Source of the DNA: Alphaproteobacteria bacterium
GTDB lineage: Bacteria; Pseudomonadota; Alphaproteobacteria; UBA828
Direction: 5' to 3'
Assembly: GCA_963422645.2 (NCBI GenBank)
Contig: CAXXVO010000004.1
Coordinates: 1 to 64,000 of the forward strand
Length of the DNA stretch: 64,000 bases
Numbering within the stretch: the first letter of the stretch is position 1; each line of letters opens with the position of its first letter. The notes under the pieces were generated by a model. It saw only the letters and a program-made list of their open reading frames with translations, made no database searches and had not been told where the DNA came from. The translations under genes and the position numbers were made by a program. Of this stretch, positions 19,003-27,791 are shown one piece after another.

Positions 19003-20589
19003 ATGGCGCTCGACCAGGTCGACCAGGCGATCATCTCCCAGGCGCTGATCGCCGCCGCGAAGGAGATGGGGATCAAGCTCGTGCGCTCGGCGTACTCGCC
19101 GATCGTGCGCGAGGCGAACGACTGCTCCGCCGCGTTGCTCGACGTGCACGGCAACGTGGTGAGCCAGGCGGAGCTGATCCCGATGCAGCTCGGGCCGATC
19201 GGCACCACCTTCCGCCCCTGCGCCGAGCTCTACCCACCCGAGACGCTGGAACCCGGCGACTTCTACATCAACAACGACCCCTACCACGGCGGGCAGCATG
19301 TCCCCGACATCTTCATCTTCACGCCCATTTTCGTCGGCGCCCGGCTGGTCGGCTTCAGCGCGACCGTCGCCCACCACCTCGATCTCGGCGGCGGCGCGCC
19401 GGGCCTCAACATGGCGGCGGGCGACGTGCATCAAGAGGGGCTGATCTTCCCGCCGAGCCGCTACAACGTGAACCGCGACTGGAACGGCGGCCCCTTCGAG
19501 CGCCTGGTGCGCGCAAACGTGCGCGTGCCCGAGAAGACCATCGGGGATTGCAACGCCCAGTTCGCGGCCAACGCGGTCGGCGCGCGGCGTGTGAGCGAGC
19601 TCTGCGAGAAGTTCGGCGCCGACATGGTCACCGAGGCCATGGCGGGTCTGCTGGACTACGCCGAGCAGCGCATGCGCGCCGCGATCGCCGCGGCACCCGA
19701 CGGCGTCTACAGGGGCGAGGACCAGCTCGACAGCGACGGCGAGAACGACGAGCCGCTCGTGGTGCGCGCGCGAGTGGAGATTGCTGGCGACACCGCATCG
19801 GTCGACTACGAGGGCACCTGTGACCAGGTACGGACCAACGTGAACTGCCCCTTCGCATCGACCATCGCGGCGGGCCTCTCCTGCATCAAGTCGGTGCTCA
19901 CCAGCCCCGACATCCCCTTCAACGAGGGGGCGAAACGGCCGATCGACATCACCGCGCCCTATGGCTCACTGCTCAATCCCCGCCCGCCGGCCCCGGTGCG
20001 GGCGCGCATGCTCTCTGCCTATCGCGCATACAACGCGGTGATGAAGGCGCTCGCGGACGCGGTGCCGGAGCAGGTGATGGCAGCCGGGTTCGATACCACC
20101 CATGCCACCTGCCTCTCGCACCTGGGCGAAGAGGGTTACGGCATCTATCTCGAAATCTTCGGCGGCGGCTACGGCGCGAGTGCGATCGGCGACGGTTGCG
20201 ACGCGGTGGACAGCCCGCTTTCCAACTGCTCGAACATCCCCATCGAAGCCATCGACATGGAGCACGGGTTCTTCCGGGTGGCGGAGTACGCGCTGGTCGC
20301 GGGCTCGGGCGGCGCGGGCGAGTGGCGCGGCGGCCTCGGGATCAGGCGGGTCTACGAGGTGCTGGCCGACGATGTCGAGTACCAGTCCTACTCCGACCGC
20401 TTCACGATACCGCCCGAGGGGCTGTTCGGCGGCGAGGACGGCGGCGCGGCGTTCGTCAGCGTGCTGCGCGGCAACGAGAAGTTCGAACTCGGCTCGAAGA
20501 CGAGCTTCCGGCTGAAGAAGGGCGACCGCGTGGTGATGAGCACCGGCGGCGGCGCGGGCTACGGCGAGCCCGGCCGCCGCTCGTCCTAG
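19003..20589 (+). CDS. Hydantoinase B / 5-oxoprolinase family subunit
   Basis: SPIVRE, NDPYHGGQHVPD, HHLDLGG, SGGAG.WRGG and GGGAGYG motifs. Confidence 0.95.
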   Translation: MALDQVDQAIISQALIAAAKEMGIKLVRSAYSPIVREANDCSAALLDVHGNVVSQAELIPMQLGPIGTTFRPCAELYPPETLEPGDFYINNDPYHGGQHVPDIFIFTPIFVGARLVGFSATVAHHLDLGGGAPGLNMAAGDVHQEGLIFPPSRYNVNRDWNGGPFERLVRANVRVPEKTIGDCNAQFAANAVGARRVSELCEKFGADMVTEAMAGLLDYAEQRMRAAIAAAPDGVYRGEDQLDSDGENDEPLVVRARVEIAGDTASVDYEGTCDQVRTNVNCPFASTIAAGLSCIKSVLTSPDIPFNEGAKRPIDITAPYGSLLNPRPPAPVRARMLSAYRAYNAVMKALADAVPEQVMAAGFDTTHATCLSHLGEEGYGIYLEIFGGGYGASAIGDGCDAVDSPLSNCSNIPIEAIDMEHGFFRVAEYALVAGSGGAGEWRGGLGIRRVYEVLADDVEYQSYSDRFTIPPEGLFGGEDGGAAFVSVLRGNEKFELGSKTSFRLKKGDRVVMSTGGGAGYGEPGRRSS

Positions 20590-20656
20590 AGGACCGCGCA
20601 GGATTGCGAGGGCGCCGGGCGCGCGACAGGCCGCGGCCCGCCGCGTCAGCGGCGCC

Positions 20657-20686
20657 ATCGCGCACCCGCGCGCGTGGACGCGCGAC
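20657..20686 (-). repeat. Isolated diverged copy of the ~31-nt palindromic micro-element
   Basis: Minus strand reads GTCGCGCGTCCACGCGCGCGGGTGCGCGAT; the first 21 nt are identical to the copies in IS21. Confidence 0.85.
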
Positions 20687-21088
20687 GCGGAGGCGCCGGC
20701 CGCAGGTCGGCTGCCGTGAGCGACAAAGGCGAGAGCGTTTCCGCGTAGCAGAATTTAGCAGAATTTCACTTGACATTCTTCGGCTACCAGGCTGACACTT
20801 TCATCGATAGTTACCCGTTTCATTCATACGATACAGCGGTTTAGTGGGCATCTCCACTATTTGGTGGTGCGGCACACTTCTCGTTATTGACGGATGGACG
20901 AGTTAGAGAAAGTTGGGGCTGGGTGTTGATCGGTGCTCGTGATTTTTGGGCCGTGTGTGAGGGCGATAGGAGATCCCTGTTGGGCCTCGGGTGTGACGGA
21001 CCATATGGTTGAACTGATCTGAGTATGCTCGGTATGCGAGTTCTTATATAGAACGAGGGATGCTGCGGGACCGGTCGGAGATGGGAAG

Positions 21089-21409
21089 ATGGCGGTGAGA
21101 CCGAGGGGAACCAAGGCGAAGGATCGCTGCGTGTCGATGACCGATGCCGATTGGGAGGGCATCTGCTAGGCGGCGAATGCGGCGGACTTGTCGAACTCCG
21201 AATACATCCGGCGGTGCTGCCTCTCCGGTCAGACGTCCACAGGCTCGACCGAAGGCGGCCTGTCCCCATCGCTGCTGCGCCGGGCGGTGAGGGCGGTGCT
21301 GGTTCTCGAAGGGCTGGAACAGCGGCGCCTCGAGATCCAGGGCGCCGGGGAGCCTTGGCAGAAGCTCGTTGCCGATGTCGAGATCGACCGCGAGGCGTGT
21401 TTCGGATGA
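21089..21409 (+). pseudogene. Ribbon-helix-helix (MobC/CopG-like) protein with in-frame stop at 21167
   Basis: RCVSMTDADWEGIC*AANAADLSNSEYIRRCCL pattern. Confidence 0.6.
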
Positions 21410-21422
21410 AACGGAAGGCTTC

Positions 21423-21758
21423 GTGAACCTCTCGAAGCAGGTTGGCATCTACTGCTCTCCCGAGAAGTGGGAGACGATCCGGCGGCGTGCGAGGAAGGCG
21501 AAGATGTCGATCTCCCGCTTCGGAGAACTGTGTTGCCGCCGGGCGGCGAGCGAGAACGGCTCTTCCCTGCCCCCGCAGCCGCCCGGTCATCCCCTTGAGC
21601 TTTCCGAAGACGAGCAGCGCCGCCTTTACGAGGATATGCGGGCCCTCTCGCAGTCCAGACGCATTGTGGTGCATGCACCGGGAGGCGCGAAGGCGACCCT
21701 CCGGACGCAGGAAGTGGTGCGTATTCTCCGCCTCTCCGAACGGGCGGAAGGAACATGA
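21423..21758 (+). CDS. Ribbon-helix-helix-like protein
   Basis: QVGIYCSPEKWETIRRRARKAKMSISRF pattern. Confidence 0.6.
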   Translation: MNLSKQVGIYCSPEKWETIRRRARKAKMSISRFGELCCRRAASENGSSLPPQPPGHPLELSEDEQRRLYEDMRALSQSRRIVVHAPGGAKATLRTQEVVRILRLSERAEGT

Positions 21759-21799
21759 AAAAGGCCCGCAAGCGAGAGTGTTGTTAAGCTTCCACCGGC

Positions 21800-22050
21800 G
21801 CGGCGCTCCGGCTCGGTCGCGGGAGTAACGGGGGCTTGTGTCTGCGACGCCTCGGTCGTGAACTGGCGGCGGGTGGGGTGAAGAGGCCGTTCGTGCACTG
21901 GCGTGCTGTAGCGGCACCCGCTGTTAAGCTTGGCCCGAACCATTTTGTCGGCTCCGGTCACTGATGGCGCGGGTTTCCCGCGACCTCGTTCAAGAGAATG
22001 GGACTTCGACCATGGTTCCTCCCCGCTCGCGACGGAGATGAAAGGCGGGA
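21800..22050 (+). ncRNA. Candidate IS110 bridge RNA (boundaries approximate)
   Basis: TGTTAAG at 21922-21928 equals the target left flank, TCAAGAG at 21990-21996 equals the element right end, and several hairpins are present. Confidence 0.55.
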
Positions 22051-22059
22051 GGATGTTCC

Positions 22060-23477
22060 ATGGCGCGCAAGTCTCGAAGAACCCGTCGCCTCAGGGTGGT
22101 GAACCCTGACTGCGCAGGGATCGACATCGGCAAGGACCGGCACTTCGTGGCGGTCGAGGCGGAACGCAGCGATGAGCCGGTGCGTTCGTTCGGCTCCTTT
22201 ACCCGCGATCTGGCGGCGATGGCGGCGTGGCTGGCGTCGTGCGGGGTGACGAAGGTCGCAATGGAGTCGACCTCGGTCTACTGGATCCCGGTCTACGAGA
22301 CGCTGGAGCGCGCGGGCTTCGAGGTGATGCTGGTGCCGCCGCGCATGACGAAGCAGATCGGCGGGCGCAAGAGCGACGTGCTGGACTGCCAGTGGATCTG
22401 GCAGCTGATGTCCTACGGTCTGCTGCGGGGAGCGTTCCGTCCGGGCGACGAGGTTTGCCCGCTGCGCTCCTACGCCCGCCAGATGAGGCGGCTGACCGAG
22501 GACCGCTCCCGCTGCGTCCTGCACATGCAAAAGGCGCTGACCGAGATGAACGTCAGGCTCGACTCGGTGATCGCCAACATCACGGGACTGACCGGCCAGC
22601 GCATCCTGCGCGCGATCGTCGACGGCGAGCGTGACCCGGAGCGCCTGGCGACGCTCCGCCACCGGGCATCAAGGCCGACGCCGATACGATCGCCGCGAGC
22701 CTTCAGGGGACGTGGCGCGAGGAGCATCTCTTCGCCCTCGAACAGGCCATGCAGCGCTACGACTTCCTGAGCCAGCAGATCGACGCCTGCGAGGCCCGGG
22801 TGATGGCCGAGGTCGAGCGCCTGACACCGCCGGACGATCCCCCGGACGGCGGCGCGCCGGACCCTGTCCCCGGCACGACCTCGGACACCGCGTCGGGCCG
22901 CTCCGCGAACGCCGCAACCAACGACACCGGCAAGGAGGGCATCCAGCCCCTGGCGTTGCGCAAGATGATGGGCGTCGACCTCACCGCGATCCCCACCGTC
23001 GGTCCCGGTACCGCACTGGTGATCGCCTCGGAGATCGGCCCGGACTTCTCCGCCTTCCCCTCCGCTCAGCACTTCTGCTCCTGGCTTGCGCTCGCGCCGG
23101 GAACCAGGATCAGCGGCGGCAAGAATCTCCCCGGCAAGTCGCCGAAGGCGGTCAACCCCGTCGGACAGGCCCTGCGCTTGGCGGCCATGGCCGCGCGCCG
23201 CAGCCAGACCTTCATCGGCGCCAAGCACCGCGCAAGGCTCGCCCGAATGGACACCCCCGTCGCGATCAAGGCGACCGCCCGCGAACTCGCCTGTCTGATC
23301 TACCTCATGGTGACCGAGGGCCAGGAATACGTCGAGCAGGGCATCGGCGCCTACGAGAAGCGGCGCCTCAACAGAAAGTTCGCTCATCTCGACCGCCAAG
23401 CCCAAAAGCTCGGGTTCCAACTCATCCCGAAAACGCAAGGAGAGGAAAAACAGAACCCAATGCCGTCAATCGCTTAG
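22060..23477 (+). pseudogene. IS110 transposase, frameshifted near 22665
   Basis: AGIDIGK, AMESTSVYW and KSDVLD in the first frame; IPTVG..EIG and LAPGTRISGG in the second. Confidence 0.92.
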
Positions 23478-23603
23478 GCATCTGTTACTCAAGAGCGTGG
23501 AAGATTGACCCCCTGTAGGGGGTGACCGGCGTCCAAAATTGACCCCCCATGGTTTGTGTCCATGAACACACCTCGTCGTTTGGACGGACGGGGTGGGGGG
23601 GAG

Positions 23604-25288
23604 ATGCTGGTTGTGGAAACGATCGCGAAGATTCGTCGGGATCATCTGGTGAAGGGCGTTCCGATCAAGAAGCTCGCCCGGGATTTGAGGGTTTCCAAGA
23701 ACACGATACGCAAGGTGGTGCGGGGCGATGCGACCTCGCACAGCTACGAGCGCAAGATCCAGCCGATGCCGAAGCTTGGGCCGTGGGTGGAAGAGCTCGA
23801 GCGCCAACTGGAGGCCAACGAGAAGAAGAAGCGCAAGGATCGCCTGACCCTGCTGCAGATCCATGAGGACCTTGGCGAGCTGGGCTACAAGGGCGGCTAT
23901 GACGCGGTGCGCCGCTATGCCAGGGCCTGGCGGCGCCGGTGGCGGCTGTTGTCGCCGTCGCAGGCCTTTGTGCCGCTGATCTTCGATCCGGGCGAGGCCT
24001 ACCAGTTCGACTGGAGCCACGAGTACGCGCGTCTGGCGGGTGCGACGACCAAGGTGAAGGCGGCGCACATGCGGCTGTGCCACAGCCGGATGTATCTGGT
24101 CCAGATCTTTCCCCGCGAGAGCCAGGAGATGGTGTTCATCGTGCGCTCCGCGCGCGTGGCCGCGCGACGCGCACGAGCGTGCCTTCTGCTTCTTCGGCGG
24201 GGTCTGCCGGCGGGGCATCTACGACAACATGAAGACGGCGGTGAACACGATTTTCGTCGGCAAGAAGCGGGACTACAACCGCCGCTTCCTGGAGATGTGT
24301 TCGCACCATCTGATCGAGCTTGTCGCGCGTCCACGCGCGCGGAGCGCACGATGGCGTGCACGCCAGGGGCTGGCTGGGAGAAAGGGCAGGTTGAGAAGCA
24401 GGTTGGTGACCTTCGTGGGCGCCTGTTCGCGCGCAGCCCGCGGGGCCGCTCCTACGCCGAGATCAACAAGTGGCTCATGGATCGGTGCATTGAGGAGGCC
24501 AAGAAGCAGCCGCATCCGACGATATCGGGCAAGACGGTGTGGCAGGTGTTCGGGGTCGCGCGTCCACGCGCGCGGAGCGCACGATGAGCGGTCCTTCCTG
24601 ATGGCGTACCGCGGCCCCTTCGACGGCTTCCATGCCAGCGAGGTGTCGGTCTCGAAGACCTGTCTGGTGCGCTACGACAACAACCAGTACAGCGTGGCGG
24701 CCCGTGCGGTGGGGCGGCCGGTGGACGTGCGGGCCTATGCCGATCGGATCGTCATCCGCCAGGACGGCGCGATGGTCGCCGAGCATCCCCGCAGCTTCGG
24801 GCGCGGCGAGATCGCCTACGATCCGTGGCACTACGTGCCGGTCCTGACGCGGAAGCCCGGCGCGCTGCGCAACGGCGCGCCCTTCAAGGGCTGGAAGCTG
24901 CCCACCGCGCTCGGCCGCCTGCGAACCCGGCTGGCGGCCCGCGACGACGGCGACCGGCAGTTCGTCAAGGTGCTGGCGGCGGTGCTGGAGGACGGGCTGT
25001 CGCGCGCTCATGCGCGCGCCAATATAGAGGACGGTCGAGGCGGCCTGTGCCGAGGCGCTCGACTGCGGCGCCTGCAGCGCTGACGTCGTGCGCTCCGCGC
25101 GCGTGGACGCGCGACGTGCTCAACGTCCTCGCCCGGCAGCGCCAGCCTGCGCCGCCGGCAACCATCCCGACGCCCGAAGGTCTGCAGCTCCGCCACCAGC
25201 CGGTTGCCGACTGCCGCCGCTACGACAGCCTGAGGGAGGACGGTCATCCGGTGTGGCGCGCGCATAAGCGCGCGACGGAGCGTCATGA
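23604..25288 (+). pseudogene. istA: IS21 transposase IstA disrupted by multiple short insertions
   Basis: QFDWS, IYDNMKTAV, WEKGQVE and RKPGALRNG are spread over different frames. Confidence 0.92.
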
Positions 25289-25331
25289 TGTGCTGGAGAT
25301 GTCGCGCGTCCACGCGCGCGGAACTCACGAT
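24138..25331. repeat. Seven dispersed ~31-nt palindromic micro-insertions
   Basis: Type A (GTCGCGCGTCCACGCGCGCGGAGCGCACGAT): 24138-24168(-), 24322-24352(+), 24555-24585(+), 25085-25115(-), 25301-25331(+). Type B (GTCGCGCGCTYATGCGCGCGCCA...): 24999-25029(+), 25246-25276(-). Confidence 0.95.
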
Positions 25332-26032
25332 GACGGCGCTGAAGCTCGCGGGCATGCGCGCCGCCTATGACGACATCCTCGCCGACGGGCTCAAGCGCCG
25401 CCACCCGGTGCAGCAGATCATCGGTACGCTGCTGCAGGTCGAGATCGCCGACAAGAGAGCACGCTCGATCAAGTACCAGATGGCCTCCGCCAAGCTGCCC
25501 ACGGCCTGCGGCGCTGGCCGACTTCGACTTCGCCGCCTCGCCGGTCCATGAGCCCCTGATCCAGGAGCTCGCCGGCAGCGGCTTCCTCGAGGGCCAGCGC
25601 AACATCGTGCTGGTCGGCGGTACCGGCACCGGCAAGACCCATCTCGCCGTCGCCATCGCGCGCTCCTGCATCCGCAAGGGCGCCCGTGGCCGGTGCTACA
25701 ACGTCGTCGACCTGGTCAACCTCCTCGAGGCCGAGCTTCGCGCCGGACGCCAGGGCCGCACTGCAGACCAGCTCGTCCGCCGCGACTTCGTCATCCTCGA
25801 CGAGCTCGGCTACCTGCCCTTCGCCCAGGCCGGTGGGCAGCTGCTCTTCCATCTGATGAGCCGGCTCTACGAGCGCACCTCGATCGTCATCACCACAAAC
25901 CTCGCCTTCGGCGAATGGCCCTCCGTCTTCGGCGACCCCAAGATGACCACGGCCCTGCTCGATCGTCTCACCCACCATTGCGAGATCATCGAGACCGGCA
26001 ACGAGAGCTGGCGCTTCAAGAACCGCTCCTGA
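25246..26032 (+). pseudogene. istB: IS21 ATPase IstB; start codon split by an insertion, plus further frameshifts
   Basis: [17 protein letters not shown] and LLDRLTHH motifs; the N-terminus MERHDVLEMMTALKL is recoverable after removing the inserts. Confidence 0.92.
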
Positions 26033-26168
26033 CCCGGCGCCGGCCTCCCTTGCGGCCCGGTTGCCCCGGTGGGCCAACCAATGGCATTCACTTAGCGGTT
26101 TTCGACTGTTCACTTAAGGAGTCGTGTTCTTGCGCTGTCGGTTGCGTGCGTTTCTGTCGTTCAGGTGT

Positions 26169-27671
26169 TCAGGCGACGGCCCGCTTTGCGCGTGCCCACT
26201 TGCCGCGGGGTTTGCGCGACCTGCGTTCGCAGGACCGGCCGGGGTGCGGGCGCTGACGCGCCTGGTTGATGCAGGAGAGGACATGGCTGAGGGTTTCGGC
26301 GACCATCGCCGTATGGCGCAGCAGCAGCGCTTCGAGGTTGCGCGCGACGGTGGCGAGGCCGTTGCTGAAGTTGGCTTTCATCGCCGGCTTGCCGTCGGCA
26401 GGGCGCTCGGCGTCGAGGCTTGCGTTGCTGCGGTTGGTGAAGAGCCGGGTCATGGCGATGAGGTTGAAGTGGGCGAAGAGCTCCTGGCGGACGCCGCGCT
26501 CGGTCTGGCTGTGGAAGGCCTCGACGGCCATGGCCTGTTTCGAGGTCTTGTAGAGTTCCTCGATTCCCCAGCGCGCGTGATAGAGCTCGGCCAGTTCCGC
26601 GACGCTCCAGGCCTTGGGGTCGAGGAGGGTGGTGGCGAGGATGAAGACCGTGCTGCCGATGCGGTAGCGGACCAGTCGCAGGCGCAGCGGGGTGGCGTCG
26701 ACGTGCGGCGTCTTGCGGCGCAGCTTTCTCAGGGTGTCCTTTCCGGGAGCGACGGTGATCGGCGCGTCCGTGCGGCCGTCGGCGATGAAGGCGTCGAGGG
26801 CGGCGCCTGCCTTCTTCTTGATCCGGAACACGGGGTGCAGGCCGCGGGCGACATGGGCGTGCAGCATCTCCCAAGAGTAGTAGCCGCGGTCATAGACCAC
26901 GATGTCGTTGGCCGAGAGCGCCTTGAGGTGGGCGAGGGCGGCCCTTCTTTCGTCGCCGTGCGCGACCAGGTCGAAGTCCACCGGGATGTTCGCGTGCAGC
27001 CGGTAGAGGCAACTCAGCAGGCCCTGCGGGTAGTGGGCCGCCTCGGAGGGCGTGCGGTAGCCGGCCTTGAGCAGCGGCCGCGGCAGGTTGAGCTTGGAGC
27101 CGTCGACCGCGAACACGCGGTGGCCCTTCCAGGCCGGGCCGTCGGCGCGCTTGAGGATCTCGGCGTGCAGCGTCTTGAACACCGCCTCGTCGACCTTGGC
27201 CCGCGCCATGCACATCGCCGAGGCCGAGACCGGCGCCGGCTGCGGCAGTGCGACGCCCAGGACCCGGCACTGCTCCCACAGCCCGGCCAGCGTCGTGGCG
27301 TAGCCCGCGCGGCCGTTCGAGAACGCCAGCCGGAAGATGAAGAGCATGACGAGAAGGGTGTCGAGGACCCGCCGGCGGCTCTGCCACACCCGGTCGTGAT
27401 CGGCGGCCACCGCCGCCAGTGCGCCGATCAGGTCCTGCCACAGCGCCACGAAGGGATCGTCCGGCGCCAGCGCTGCCGGCCGTGTCCTGTTCCCGCGCCG
27501 CGCCGGCCGCGGGCCTTCGAGCAGGATCGAGCGGAAGTCCGGCGTCAGCGGGTAGACGTAGACGCTTTTGCGGGTCTTGCCCTTGCCGCCCCCGGTCTCG
27601 CCGAGACAGCGCCAGTTGGCCGCGCGGTAGCAGGCGCCGTCGAAGAGGCTGGGGTCCACGAAGGTCTCCAC
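26169..27671 (-). pseudogene. C-terminal part of DUF4338-IS4 transposase
   Basis: ETFVD..GACYRAANW (end of DUF4338); AVDGS, YDRGY and Y..RWGIEE.YK (IS4 YREK). Confidence 0.88.
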
Positions 27672-27791
27672 GAACGTCACAGACTACTATCTTGCAGGCT
27701 TCCGAGGCTCCTGAGCCCGTTCGCATTCGACGCTACAAGCATCCTTTCGACGGTGAGGCGATCGAGATTCTCGATCGGCGCAAAGGAGGTT

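Larger units (their letters stand above)
21789..23495 (+). mobile_element. IS110-family element inserted in the IS21 left IR (AG core)
   Basis: AG at both junctions; ~270-bp left non-coding end; removal restores the IS21 terminus. Confidence 0.8.
21779..26078 (+). mobile_element. IS21-family element, decayed; left IR split by IS110, right end removed by IS4
   Basis: Joining 21779-21788 to 23496 gives TGTTGTTAAGCGTGGAAGATTGACCCC, echoed by the internal repeat GGCGTCCAAAATTGACCCC; contains istA and istB. Confidence 0.88.

Noticed and set aside
20600-20627. Ninth micro-element copy
   Set aside because: Only the GTCGCGCG end matches, which is expected by chance at this GC content.
21040-21054. 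LexA box (GTTC-N7-GAAC)
   Set aside because: Matches neither the alphaproteobacterial direct repeat nor CTGT-N8-ACAG; a single short near-palindrome.
23483-23510. IS21 left end starting at TGT 23483
   Set aside because: Spacing to the TGACCCC motif fits IS21 ends better when the start is 21779 and the IS110 is removed.
24138-25331. CRISPR array interpretation of the 31-nt repeats
   Set aside because: Orientations are mixed, gaps are 24-413 bp, the intervening DNA is contiguous IS21 coding sequence, and there is no cas gene in the window.
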